Assembly (NCBI GenBank): GCA_951406725.2
Contig: OX597816.1
Span: 84,134,001 to 84,198,000 of the forward strand
Source of the DNA: Octopus vulgaris
Taxonomy: Eukaryota
Direction: 5' to 3'
Length of the DNA stretch: 64,000 nucleotides
The notes under the pieces were generated by a model. That model was not told where the DNA came from. It did no database searches and was given only the letters and a program-made list of their open reading frames with translations. Shown here piece after piece: positions 40,376-54,545 of this stretch (the stretch's first letter is position 1; each line of letters opens with the position of its first letter). The position numbers and the translations under genes are program-made.

Positions 40376-40720
40376 GGCAGGACAAGTCGCTGTTGTTGTT
40401 TGTTTAATTTTTCCAACTTGGTCAATTCTATATCTAATATTTTATACCGAATTTGTTTATTGATTTGACCTCAGCAATCACTATACATTTCAATAGCTTA
40501 TATATGATTGTGACTTTGCATTTATACTATATATTCATTTGCTCAGCATCTCATCGGCAAATATACACGATTCACCTTTTTACCTGATTTGTGTCTATAA
40601 TTGCTGCTTGTATTCTCGGTCGGGGTGAGGGATAATTAAGGCTGGATAAATATTTTGAGTAAAGTTTTACCTAACAGGTTGCCTGGGGCGAAATAACCAT
40701 GGCAGCAAGAGCAGCAACAG

Positions 40721-40915
40721 TGGAGGCGCAATGGCCCTGTGGTTAGGGCAGCGGACACGCGGTCGTAAGAACGCGGTTTCGATTCCCAGACCGGGCATTG
40801 TGAGTGTTTATTGAGCAAAAACACCTAAGCTCCTCGAGGCTCCGTCGGGGTGGGGTGAACCCCGCTGTACTCTTTTACCACAATTTTCTCTCACCCTTTC
40901 TCCCTACTTCTTCCA
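40721..40915 (+). mobile_element. tRNA-derived SINE, family C, 5' part
   Basis: ggaggcgcaatggccctgtggttagggcagcggac...ggtttcgattccc; matches 42160-42337 in reverse. Confidence 0.85.
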
Positions 40916-41890
40916 CAAAGCAGAGGAACTATGGTGTGGTAAACTTTCAGACCCTAGTCAAGATTGCGAATCCTGTGTACCAGAGGATGGTTCACCTCTC
41001 CACCCGTTAAAAATCAGTGTTTACGAAATGATGATAACAACGTAGCTTTCGCGCCCGTGCAACCGCCAGTCTATCGCCTGTGGTGGGTGGATCTTCAAGT
41101 TGCCACATGCATTCTTAGTAGCTTAGAGTAGGCTCGAATTAGAGATCATTCTTTGTGGCTAATGGCGTGAGTCCTGATTGGAAGAAGAAGAAGAAGCCAG
41201 TAGCAACAACTACAACAACAAACAACAACAACCGCAACAACAATAACAAAAATAGGAACGACAGCAGCAACCTTCCACCGAGTTGTACTTTGAAATGCTC
41301 CAAATCAGTCGACCTCCAAGTAATAAAACAAACTACTACTACTACTACTACAGACTACTTACGCAGTTGTTAAAAATAAAGTGTATGCTTGTGTATATGT
41401 ATGTGTGTATGCATGTGTGATGCGTGTGTATGTTTGTGTGTATCTGACTAACGTAAGTGCGATGTTTTTTAATGCCCCGAAAAAGACGACACCGACCATC
41501 TAATTGTCTTTTAATTATTATTTGATAGTTTGGTAAGAATTGCCACCGAAACTGAATAGACCGAAAAATAAAATAGTTCATCGTTGTGTAGGAAGATAAA
41601 TTAGCAAGAATTGATGACTTCTCCCTTCCCCAATTTCATTAACAATCTCCAACCACCGAAAATGTGACAGAAAAGTATACAAGACAATATATATGTGTAT
41701 ATATATATATATGCGCAAATACATTTGAATACGTATATATACACACACATATATGCATGTAGGTAAATATACGTCTCTCCCCCCTCTCTCTCTATATATA
41801 TATATATATATGTGTGTGTGTATATTATATATGTGTGTGTGTATATTATATGTGTGTGTGTGTATATATATATGTGTATATGTGTGTGTG

Positions 41891-41923
<33 letters not shown>

Positions 41924-41957
41924 ATATATATATGTGTGTGTATATATATATATATAT

Positions 41958-42337
41958 AGGGAAGCACTCCGTCGGTTACGACGACGAGGGTTCCGGTTGA
42001 TCCGATCAACGGAACAGCCTGCTCGTGAAATTAACGTGTAAGTGGCTGAGCACTCCACAGACACGTGTACCCTTAACGTAGTTCTCGGGGATATTCAGCG
42101 TTACACAGAGAGTGACAAGGCCGGCCCTCTGAAATACAGGCACAACAGAAACAGGAAATAAGAGAAAGTTATGGTGAAAGAGTACAGCAGGGATCACCAC
42201 CATCCCCTGCCGGAGCCTCGTGGAGCTTTTAGGTGTTTTCGCTCAATAAACACTCACAACGCCCGGTCTGGGAATCGAAACCGCGATCCTATGACCGCGA
42301 GTCCGCTGCCCTAACCACTGGGCCATTGCGCCTCCAC
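41958..42337 (-). mobile_element. tRNA-derived SINE, family C, apparently full length, in (TA)n
   Basis: A/B-box head at 42337-42265; GC-rich 3' end ...ccgacggagtgcttccc; (TA)n flanks. Confidence 0.85.
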
Positions 42338-42369
<32 letters not shown>

Positions 42370-44015
42370 ATATATATATATGTGTGTGTGTATATATATA
42401 TGTGTGTGTGTGTATATATATATATATGTGTGTGTGTGCGCGCGTGCATGTATGTGTATGTATGAACGTAAGCATATACTTATCTATGCATATATGATGC
42501 AAATAGGAAGACACAGAGAATGGGTGGGGGTAAAAGAGAGTTGAGAGCACAATAATGGACAAACAGGCTTCGAAATAGAAAGAAAAAAAAACGGCAAAAA
42601 AACTATAAATGTAACTATAAAAAAAACAGGTTAAAGCTGAAGCGAAAGGCCAAAGAGATACTGCTGTTGTTTTTAAGCTCCAATTAAGCTTATGTATGAC
42701 CAAGGATATTGCTGCGTAGACCACACCGTTATTTACAGTATGCAGGCTATGCTATGAAATTTCACTGCTATTCCTAGCAGTTTAAGCTACCAGCAGCCAC
42801 TCAGAATCTCCTTCGTTCGCTCGTCGAAGAGGCTTGCCTAGAAATAATTTGATTTTTAAGATGGAAACAATTTTCGTTGGTACACGGCAGCAGAATATAA
42901 AGGCGATATGTATAGATTGCGCTTATGTTCTTGTACATTTCTAAGTTTCGAGGAAGACCATCAGTGACCCACTGCCCATGTTAAAATTCCAGCAATTGCC
43001 GTGAATGAGGTCATTGCACACGTGGTCAACCCCACTCGGTTTGGCGCCCACGGTTTCTATGGTCTCTGCGGCGCCCAAGTACTCGACCGGGCATCGGAAA
43101 GTCGCCTACCTGGCGATTACATAACAGAAAATTTTAGGTTCAAGAAGGCTTGCACAGCAGCTCACACACGCTCTCCCTTCTACTGACAGGTTCTACAGAC
43201 AAACAAGGGCAAGGTATTCAGTTCCAATACGTGTCGCATGTTTTAGGACTTGGGAGCACCATGATCTCAAGGGCAAGCAAAAGATCCCTAAAATTTCAAT
43301 GCCACTCCCTGAATATTTGGTTTTATAACAGAGTAATCTTCTCATAGTGATATGCTTTAAGAAACACGCGCACTCACACGCACGCACACATACATACGAT
43401 GGGCTTCTTTCAGTTTCCATCTATCAAATGCAGTCACAAGGCCCTAGTCGGTCCGAGGGTATAGTTGAAAACACTTTCCCACGGTGCTAGTCAGTGAGAC
43501 TGAGTCTAGAACCTTGTAGCTGTGAAGCAAGCTCCATTCCACACATCCAGTCTATATATATATATATATATATATCGTTGTGTTCCGCGTTCGTTTCACT
43601 TTCGTTAAATTTACTTTAATTTATAATTTATGCATTCATTCATATTTGATATATAATTTTGTAAAATTATATTATTTTTTTTGCGTAAAAATTAATTAAT
43701 CACCATGAGCAACAATAACACCATTATCTCCCCCCCCCAAAAAAAAAGAAGCTTGATACTGATAATCATTACAGAAGAAGTGTATGAGAAACATTGAGAA
43801 CCAAGCTCAATGCCATAACTTAGTTTGTAGATATAGAACCCATTAGCTGTATCTATAGTAAATTAGTATAAATACAGTATGATATAAATACAGTATATAA
43901 ATGCAGTATAAATACGGTATAGTTACATGGAGAGAAATTTAAATACAGCTTACTGCATTCGGAACCCAGGCTCTAACACTGATCTAGGTACGGTATATGC
44001 ACACACACACACACA

Positions 44016-44835
44016 TTAGGTTGTCCGGAAAGTTTTAAGCGTTTTAATGCTAAGTCTTTTAACGCTTCATTGAACATACCTGAAACGTAACACAGTTGAC
44101 CCTTTTGCGCTGCCTGAAGGGGTAGTGCATCTCCGCTTTGTTCTTGACAAAAGAAAGAAAAATATCTTTCATTCCGGTTACCTTTATTGATTTTTGAAAT
44201 GGATTACCATAAATTTCATATTCGTGTTGTAATGCTTTTCTTTTTTGAAAAAGAAGAAAATGCTGCAAAGATTTTCAAAAACATTTGTGAAGTTTATGGT
44301 GATGGTGCTGTAGGTGAATCAACTGTCTGAAGGTGGTTTGCAAAATTGAAAGCTAGAGAGTTTAGTTTGGAAGATAACAGCCGCAGTGGAAGACCTTCGA
44401 AATTGGACGAAGCTGTTTAAAGGCAAAAATAGAAGAAAGCTCAAATATCATGACTAGAGAACTTACAGAGGAGTTGGGAATTTTTAAAAGTACAGCTCAT
44501 GAACACCTAGTGAAGCTAGGATACATTTCTCGCTATAATGTTTGGGTCCCTCACAAACTCTCAGAAAAGGATTGCTTGGACCGGTGTTCCGTTTGTGATA
44601 TGCTTTTGAAATAGAATGAAATATCGTCGTTTTTGAAACAACATGTGACTAGAAATGAAAAAATGGATTGTGGACGAAAACATAGCACAATAAAGATTCT
44701 GGTGTTTGTGTAAGGACCCCCTCCCCCCAAAAAAACAGCAACCAAAGAATACTCATGCCAAGAAAGCTATGCTTTGTGTTTGGTGAGATCATAAAGGCCT
44801 TATTTATTATGAACTTCTCCCCCAAAACCAGACCA
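44016..44835 (+). mobile_element. mariner-family transposon, 3'-truncated and decayed
   Basis: TIR-like start ttaggttgtccggaaag. Broken frames give ICEVYGDGAV, RWF, RSGRP, WVPHKLS, VTRNEKW (for VTGDEKW) and MLCVW..GLIYYELL. Confidence 0.88.
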
Positions 44836-45977
44836 ATCTTCTAACAATTAAAACTCAATATTCCAAGAAACTGTAAAATAATGGAGCATGATATATAGCT
44901 TCCATTTCTGTTACAAAACAAAACATAAAAATAAAATGAAAATTCTTTATCTCTAAATAGCTGTCAGACTTCTAAATATAGCAACAAATTCTCCCTGAAA
45001 TTACGCTCTGCATTCTTATATAAGTAAAAGACATGTTAAAGAATATAGTCTTCGGCATATTCCTAATTAGACGGAATGATCGAGGTTGGAAAGTCTCTGA
45101 TCATAAATCTGCTTAATCAAGGTTCGCCTTGAAGGAAACCTGTTAGAGTAGTCTTCATCTCGGATGAAATTGCCTTCACCACATTATATCAGGAACTTTT
45201 TTTCTTGCATTGGCAATGGCCCGATTTATTCCTGGAACTAAACTTACTTGATGATAATAACAATAGTTACTTCTAAAATAAGCACAAGTGGATATTGCAG
45301 ATATTGGTTAGTCGAGTATGTCGACACGATTATTTGAATGATTCAGTATATCAACCATAGGAGGCAGGAAAATCAAGGTTAACCTCTGTTACATTTGAAC
45401 TCAGAACGCAAGGATCATTTGCAAATGCCGTAGGACATTTTTTCTGGCGGTCCACCTGTTATATTCTACTGTCCTGGTGATAATAATTATCTTCTAACCC
45501 ATGTAAAATTCTGAAACTAGTGGAGGGACAATTACATCAACCCTGCTGTAATTTATCAAGATTGCTTCAGAATGACGAAGGAAAAAATTGACTTCTACGG
45601 GATTGGAACTCAGAGCGTGTAGAGTAAGGGAAAAATACCGACGTTTAAACGAATCTGCCAGTCCACCGACTTTCTATCTAAAATTGGGAAAACCCTAACT
45701 TTGTGGGAAATGATTAGTTCTTTATATTAATGCTATTACTTGACTGGTACTTCGTGTTACTAACTTCGCAAGGTGTATTGAAACACAGCCCAAAATGCCA
45801 GCTTCCATAAAATACAAGGGTTAAAATCGCTATATATTAAGTTGTTTATAGAACAATGAACACATAGAGTGAAACATACAGACGAACAACCTCTGCTACA
45901 AAAGAAGCAATTTTCTAAACTAAAAGCTCCATAACTTCGACTAATATTCACCACCTTCTAAATAAAAATAGGAAGTA

Positions 45978-46388
45978 CTCTACTTTTTTACTCTTTTACT
46001 TGTTTCAGTAAATTGACTGTGGCCATGCTGGAGAACCGCCTTTAGTTGAGCAAGTCGACCCCAGCACATATTCTTTGTAAGCCTAGTACTTATTCTATCG
46101 GTCTCTTTTGTCGAACCGCTAAATTACGGGGACGTAAACACACCAGTATCGGTTGTCGAGCGATGTGGAGGGGACAAGCACAGACATACAAACATACACC
46201 CGCCCCCACACACATATACATATATACCACGGGCTTCTTTCAGTTTCCTTCTACCAAATCCACGCAATGCTTTGGTCGGCACGAGGCTATAGTAGAAGAC
46301 ACTTACCCAAGGTGCCACGCAGTGGGACTGAACCCGGAACCATGTGGTTGGTAAGCAAGCTACTTACCACACAGTCACTCCCACGCCT
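45978..46388 (-). mobile_element. Family B SINE
   Basis: Near-consensus reverse copy. Confidence 0.88.
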
Positions 46389-47330
46389 CTAAATAACAAA
46401 AGCAACAAGTAAAGAAACTGACCAGGTAAAACATCTAAGATTATTTTGTGAATCCCTAAAAAAATTCCATTACCAAAATGTTGACACACCCAGTTATAAA
46501 GTTTTTAAATACCGAACTTTGTACCCTTAATCTTTACTTGGATTACTAAGGATTAAATCCAATAAGACCAAAAATAACTACTCTATTAACATATCCTGTG
46601 CTTAGCTGATAAATGTGCACACACCTAAACATATACATTTGCTTACAAAGCTCTACATACTTGAATAGATTCTAAATAATAACATAACTCCAAATTTGAT
46701 CAATTTAGAATTCTTCAAAATAACTATCCATAAAAACCCACCTTAAAGCAATATTACCACTCCATTCAAACCCACACATTCAAGGAAGACTTTAACCCAA
46801 CAAAGAATATAAAAATCTAGATTAACTCTAATGCATCACAGTCTGAAGGTGGCTTAAATGGCCGAAACTTGGAAGACATGCGCGCGCACGCACACACACA
46901 CATGCACAAATATAATTATACTGTAACATAATGAACAGAACATTTCATGGCAAGTTAACCACCACTGGTTGCACTCTAGCAGATGAAAAAAATCTTAGCA
47001 TTTTCATTAAACTTCAAATATTTCTTATTAAAAAGTGGTAATAACAAAAGAACGAAAGAATTATTATTTTCAAATCAAGAAATTATTTTTAATATTATTT
47101 TATACATTTACATGATGGTGTCAATAAATAATCAACGATTTTATGAAGGGGGTCATTGATATAAGAAGTTTGCCAACTCTTGAACTTGAAGCATTCTTCA
47201 ACGTATGACGTGATAAACTTGTCAGTAGTCCACATCTTGCTTATGTTGTGGTCTTATTACATCATTTCATATTTTCGTTTTAAGCATCAATGTACAATTT
47301 TTTCAGTGAACTGTTTCAGTTATTTGTCTC

Positions 47331-47678
47331 TAACCCTGCGCGCGTAAGCGAATCAGGTTTATTGTAGTCACTCGTCTTTGTCTGTCTGTCTGTGTGTTTG
47401 TAAAATTTTTGGAAAACGGCTTAACAGATTTTCACCAAATTTGTTAGAAATACTCATTGGATGAGTGGCTCGAACTCATTAAATTTCAGCTTGATTATCA
47501 GCAACACTAGCAGACGGGTGAATCAAAATGTTTTTTCTTCTTTGTTAAATACGCATAAACGATAAGCAGAGGAAATAACTCTTGGTGTCATTTTGGTGAG
47601 AATATATTTATTAAATTAAATTCTATTTTATCCTTGTGTGCGAGCAGGATATGCATCACCCCTCCGCTGACATTTTTT
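47331..47678 (+). mobile_element. DINE-1/HINE-like (Helentron-associated) element
   Basis: Sub-terminal inverted motif ccctgcgcgc / gcgagcagga, (GTCT)n near the 5' end, gattttcaccaaatttg, T-rich 3' end. Confidence 0.55.
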
Positions 47679-47719
47679 AATATTTATTATGTTACTCTCA
47701 ATTTTGGCAATGTTTCTTA

Positions 47720-48074
47720 AAAAGAAGTTAGTGACAGTTTTTATCCACTTCTCTCTCAGCTGCATAGTTTCTTGCCTGTCCTACTAAAGTTTTTACTTCC
47801 ATGTATGCAAACTTTAGAAACAATTGTTTTGTTCTTTCCATTGCTGAAGATATCCCAGTTTTACATTTAGGGCACAGCCATAGCCCAACGTGTTTATTCG
47901 TATTGTCATTTCTTGTGAAACTATACAATTTCTGTGGTGGTAAAAATTAATTTCACCAAGTTCTTGCAATGACTAGTTCGGAAAGCGAGACAAACAAAAA
48001 TTGTAATATTAGTGCGCATTTATACCTGTTGCTTACTTCTATATTTGAGGGCATGTCTCACATATTTTAGTTAT

Positions 48075-48154
<80 letters not shown>

Positions 48155-48845
48155 CGTGCGTGTGAGTGTGTGTGTGTGTATGTGTGCGTGGGTGTGAGGG
48201 TGTGCGCGCGTGAGTGTGTATGTGTGATTGTGTGAGAGTACGTGTGTGTGTGTGTGTGTGTACACAAGTATACGATATATATACATAAGCATATGTGTGT
48301 ATATTCTGTCTCTTTCTATACAAAGAAATTATGTAATGATATACATACACACACAGAGGCACAGACACACACACACACAGACACACACATACATATATAT
48401 TATTTTGTTTTAAAGACAATGAAAGACTGTTCAGTTTTAGGTTTTCTTGGCAGAACACAATTATGTATCGTCTTACTACCATAAATGCACGTTTGGACTT
48501 ACCAAAATTCATTTCAGTGTTACTGGAATACTGAGTAATGTTGTCTAATTGATTTTTGATATGGTTAATACCTGGTATGCTAATTCTGGGTACGATTTGT
48601 CATGTTTTGGCAGCAGGTATGATAATGGGTTTAACGAAAGAACAATGAGCAGTACTGATAAACTATTGCCCTGCAGGATGTCTTTTTTGGTAATGTATGA
48701 AGTTAGATTTAATTGTTCATTTCTCGACACACAAAAGAAAGATTTTGTGGCATTTCATGGGCGCCGAATAGCAATTACTAATAATTCTGAGACTGACTAT
48801 TTGTAAAACTTTGATAATCCACCTATCTGATGTACTATCCGAGTC
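47720..48845 (-). pseudogene. Decayed R4/Dong/NeSL-like RT fragments
   Basis: Minus strand DSTSDRWIIKVL and ILQGNSLSVLLIVLSLNPLSYLL (IFQGDSLSPLLF-type RT motif); interrupted by a microsatellite. Assignment of 47720-47940 is tentative. Confidence 0.6.
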
Positions 48846-51800
48846 AAGATAGCGAGGAGACTTTACATGGTGGTATGGGATCGTTCGAAGAACAAGAAAT
48901 TGCAGTTAGATATACCTGAAATACTACTTTATCTTCTAAAACATAATTAAATCTTCAGAACATACTGATACTGAAAATACACTAGCAGAAAAGAAAGCGG
49001 GATGACCATGAAAACAATTTCAGTCAACGGATAATTTTTCGACACAAGACAAAATATCTCTTAGCGTATGTGAACGCCATTGGGGAATGACAGAAGCTAC
49101 CAGATTAGCGAATTCTGAATATAAAGCTGCCTTACGAAGTGTAGAATTCGCACCTTTCACTGAGTGATACGCAAATATATGCAGCCGCTCTTCAGATACT
49201 TGTCCTTACACTCTGAGGATTTCAGTCATGTTCAGAGGAAGATCCGAACCCTTGATTTATCAAGGCTGTCCAATAATCTGCTCTCACTGATTAGGGTGGA
49301 TCTAGAGGGCATTGCTCGAAAAAATAGCCAATATCTTCTACTGCAGAACAAGTGGACGAAAAGCTGAAATGGCGAAAGACGTCAATACCAGACCGACTGG
49401 ACATGAAAGCACAGCTAAGATAATACTTGGAATGTTGGTAATCTGTTTCAGTTTCAGATCCTGCATGTCACATTTCACGTTTCCCATTGGATGTCTTCGA
49501 AACCACAGAACATAAGACACTTCCTGGCTATTCGGGATTCAGACTAATAAAAATGTTACTGCAATAAACAGATGTGCATATGCACGCGCACGTATGTATC
49601 ATCACAAACAAGAAAATCTGACCAGCAAGCTATCTGACAAGTATTCAACACCAAGATCGTGTCCAGAAGCAACACGTTTAGAATCTGAAATATCTGAAAT
49701 AGAATACTACATGGATCTTTAGTCTTACGACTTCCACTCACCATTTACCTAGAGAACTTTTTGCACGATTCCAAAACATACAAGCAGTGTAATATGCAGA
49801 CGACATCGCACATACATACATCCTTCCACCATTCCACAGACGCTATCATAATGCCTATTTAAACCACCGAGAAACTCGACTCTACCACAACCGACGTAAT
49901 GTTGCACCTACCAAATATATTGCCTCCCGCGTTACCAAATATCAGAGAATATCAAATACAACAATAGCATAATCACTCAACAGTACAAATGTACCTCCCC
50001 TACACTTACGTAGACAAAGAGAAGAGGAGTTAGAGATAGAAAGAGAGAGAGAGAGGGGGGGAGAAGGAATCAAAATATGTGGAGTTACGATGACTTTGCA
50101 ATATTACAACATACAGAGAACACAAAGAAAAACCCCAAACGAGGCCCAAATATATTTTAAGCAATCAAAAACGTCCACCATACCAGCCATTGCAATACTT
50201 ATTACGAAAGTCTTCGTGTACATAATGAATAGACTATAAAATGTGTTGTATATCCAGGAAGTTATGCTCCGTCTATATAATTCATCACCGCTCGGAATAT
50301 GCAGTATAATCTTTATGTGAAGGTATGTCATAGCTAGGAAGGAGGATTCGTGGGTTAAGTTTATCGTTTGACCAACTACGTGTCTGCCATCGAGCAGACT
50401 GAACAACAACGACAATAATTATTGCTGTAAACAACTCCATAAGTTCATCTTTTATACCAGACTGTTGATCCTTTAATTTCGAGGCCCATAATTCTCTTAG
50501 AAGAACCCTGTGTTTGTCTCGTATATGGTGTTCTAAAATGGTAAGCAATGATTTTTAGACCGGGTTGTTGGATTAATTTTAGTAGCAAATGTGGCAGTAA
50601 TTTAGTAAATATTAAGCCTGTCATACTGCCAATTACTCTATTTTGTTCTAATTGGGTAACTTTTACAGTAATTGTACTGTTACTGTGAAGTTAACCGGAC
50701 TGATTCAGAGTATTTAACGAACTGTTTATTTACTTATTTCTCATTTAAATTACAACCATTTTTAGTATCTTGTCTTCCAGATATGGCAATAAGTTTTTCT
50801 TTTAGCTGAGGTAGTAAATAATTTAACGTTTTAAATTTCTTCTTCTTAAAAATTGTTTGTAATTTTTACCGAATTTATTCCTGGCTTTCAGTGAAGACGT
50901 TACATCGTATAGTTATTAGAATATAGAAAATTATTTTCCCAAACAGTAATATTTTATTTTTCAATATACGGTTCAACAGCGGCTAAAGATATCTACCTGC
51001 AAACTGTTTATGTATATCTCTTTCTTATGCATTAGTTATGTGGTTAATAGCACACATATATCAGAAGTTTTATATCATGTTATTGCTATATCATTTAAAC
51101 AGTAAAATATATAGTTGAGAGTGTATAAAAATATAAAGTTTATGAGGTTTATACTGAGATTTTATATATATTCTTTACTCAATTTATGTCTATAGAAATG
51201 GTTTGAGCAACAGACGTGTTCTAAGCCATGATGGTTCTACTTTATGCTAAAATTAAAACTTAGTAAATTTTAAATGAGACTGAAATGTCGACAGATTTGA
51301 ATTGTAGTTAAATTCAAGGTTATTCGAAACATACATTTCGCTTTTAAATCTACTTTAGTCAAGGAATTGTGAGACAACATAGTTTAGTTGTGTAAAACAC
51401 ATGTGACGATTCATCCAAATTGACTACCGTTCTTTTGGTCATTTTACTTGAATGTACGTAAAATAAACAATATGTAATGCTTAGATATTTGTGTCGTAAC
51501 CCATATAGAATTAACAGCATTCTTAAGCTCAATTTTTCAAAAAATCCACTGCTACCTCCTTACAGTGCTAGTAAATATACATAAAACACGATTACAAGAG
51601 CCTTGCCTTGTAGTTTTAAATATATCTATATACACACCGGATCATATATACACATACACGTAAATACGGGCACACACATGCAGACACCCCACCACACGTA
51701 CGCGAGTAAATGAACAAATGTCCGAAAGTATCGCTTAACGTATTTGTCTGGTGTTAAATGCATTGGGTAACAGTCTGATTCAGCTTCACATTACGTGAAA

Positions 51801-52210
51801 TTTGGTGAGCACATAGTGTGTGCGTGTATACTTGTATATGTGCCTGTATGAATATGTATTCGTTCGTGTGGGTGTATGTGTGTGCGTGTGTATGAAGGCG
51901 CAAGGCTTAGTGGTTTGAGCGTTGCACTCAAGATCTAGCGACCGTGATTTCAAATCCCTATATCATGTGGTACTTTAAGTTCTTGAACAAAACACTTCAT
52001 CTCATGTATTTTTCTTTCGCTGCGATCACTGGAAACGTGCCACATGGTACACCGTACATCTGTTCAGGTAACCTCAATTTGATGGAGAGAGTGAGCTAGT
52101 GTGCGGCACGAACTTTTGACTAGTAAACAAATCATTTGTGCATGTTGACCGGCAAAATCTGAACGCACATACATAGTCTTCGACGGGAGAGTCCATTCTA
52201 CAAACACATC

Positions 52211-52241
<31 letters not shown>

Positions 52242-52242
52242 G

Positions 52243-52273
<31 letters not shown>

Positions 52274-52275
52274 GT

Positions 52276-52326
<51 letters not shown>

Positions 52327-52487
52327 TACGCACTTATAATATCGTCTCTTTAATTATGAAAAAAGGCACCTAGAGTATCCTAGTCTACGAAATTAAACGT
52401 TAATTCAAATGTCACATAGAGATAAGCATGATAATTATAGGATATGAACTTAGTGACAGGAGTTTCGTACAAGGATCACATAGTATA

Positions 52488-53000
52488 TCTATATATATAA
52501 AACTGTAGTTGTGTGAGTGTCTGTCCCCTTCGATTTAGATTCCTAACTACTCCCACATTTTGCGGTGCAGTTTAACCAAATTCGGGTATCTTATAGTCGT
52601 GATACATATCTAGCCCGTCTGAGTATTAGCGCGCGTCTACAATGAGTCTACGATTTTAAAAATAATTTAACATAATTTTTTATTCCATTTTAATGCATAA
52701 TTTTTCGTGTGTCGATGGTGGCGGAGTTGGCTTCCACGCTCACAGCTGCACCTGTTTGCTTTTCCTCCTTCTTCCCTCCCTCGTGAAGCTGTGGGGAAGG
52801 GAGTGTAAGGAAATCAACGTCGTAAAGCGTTGTCAAGGAGACCAGCGTTCTTTTAGAACAACGACTTCATGGCTTGAAGACACCAAAACAGAAATGGCTA
52901 AGAAAGCCCGAATTGGCATCTATAAGGGAAGTAACTCTCTAAAAATGCTTATATAGTTATTTCCCTTACAAACCCGAGCAACGCCGGGCGATACTTCTAG
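52488..53000 (+). mobile_element. Complete non-autonomous Helitron (513 bp)
   Basis: A|TCtatatatataaaactg ... cccgagcaacgccggg cgatactt CTAG|T: canonical 5' TC, 3' hairpin and CTAG, AT target, no TSD. Confidence 0.9.
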
Positions 53001-53099
53001 TTTATTATAAAAGATGTGTGTATTTTAAAAATATAAATGCATGCTTTATTTTATTCTAATGTTCATTAACATTCGCATCACTTCTTAATTTCATACATA

Positions 53100-53223
53100 G
53101 GCGCAAGTTGCTTCCCAGCCACATGGTTCCGGGTTCAGTCCTACTGCATCGCACCTACGGCAGGTATTTTCTACTATAGCCTTGTGAATGGATTTGGTAG
53201 ACGGAAACTGAAAGAAGTCAGTC

Positions 53224-53321
<98 letters not shown>

Positions 53322-53615
53322 ATATATATATATATATATACATACATTCATATATATATATATATATATATATACACGCTCACACACACATACATACATG
53401 TATGTATGTATGTGCGTGTATGTCTGTGTTCGTCCGCGCACCCCCGCCTGACAACCTGTGTTGGTGTGTTTACGTCCCTATAACTTTGCGGCTCGGCAAA
53501 AGAGAATCCGATAGATTAATTACTAGGCTTTAAAATAAGTTCTGGGGTCGGTTTGCTCAACTAAAACTGGCCGCAGTCAGTAAAATGACTGAACCAAAAG
53601 AATAAAATTATAAAA
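53100..53615 (+). mobile_element. Family B SINE with expanded internal microsatellite
   Basis: Head 53100-53225, tail 53420-53615. Confidence 0.8.
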
Positions 53616-53667
53616 GAATACATAAGTACAAACTTGCATACTTGCAAGAAAATATGTGACTCTGAGC

Positions 53668-53749
<82 letters not shown>

Positions 53750-54128
53750 AATCAAAATACGCGACAGGATAACAAGTAGTGATGCAGTACGACCGTTTCA
53801 AGCGGCTCCACTTAATTGAACTATGCAATCATTACATCAATTTAAATGAAGTGCCATCTTCTGCTGGACAAATAGATAAATGGAATTTTAACTAGTAGGA
53901 CACATTAATATAAATTTTCTGAAAATTATATATATATATGTGTGTATATATGTATATATATATATTATATATATAATATATATATTATATATACATATAT
54001 ATATATAATATATATATGTATATATATATTATATATTATAATATATATTATATATATATATTATACATATAATATATATCATATATATATATTTATAATA
54101 TATATATATGTATATATATATAATATAT

Positions 54129-54188
<60 letters not shown>

Positions 54189-54189
54189 C

Positions 54190-54545
54190 AACAATAGCAT
54201 CGTCCTCTATTGGACCATCGCATTTAGTTGTTACTACTGTTTAGTTCTCGCTCAGAGATTGCTTCTCCTTTTTCAAGATCAGCTTATTAGTATTTTGCGT
54301 TTGGAATGAGTTCTCATCGCTAGCTTGTAATTATCACACACTGATGACGAGTTACTACTAAGAAACCCGGGTCTATGTGTATCACGTATGGCTAGATATG
54401 GGAACAATGATTTCCCTTCGCAAATACTAATCAGACACAGACAATGTGTCATCAGCCAGCTTGAGGAGATGCCCTCCTGGGGCTATAAATAGTAGCATCA
54501 TCCTCTGTGGACACGCTACCTTTAGTTGGCAAATAAGCTTCACAA
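54190..54545 (+). mobile_element. Retrozyme-like non-coding unit (298-nt period) with HHR
   Basis: Terminal direct repeat at 54195 and 54493; cacaca CUGAUGA ... GAAA cccgg GUC tatgtg at 54335-54380; long-range pairing; (TA)n flanks. Confidence 0.75.

Noticed and set aside
42780-43340. Moderately GC-rich block, possible transposase or exon
   Set aside because: No frame gave a motif I could identify with confidence.
53745-53897. TC...CTAG|T segment as a mini-Helitron
   Set aside because: No subterminal GC hairpin and no second copy in the window.
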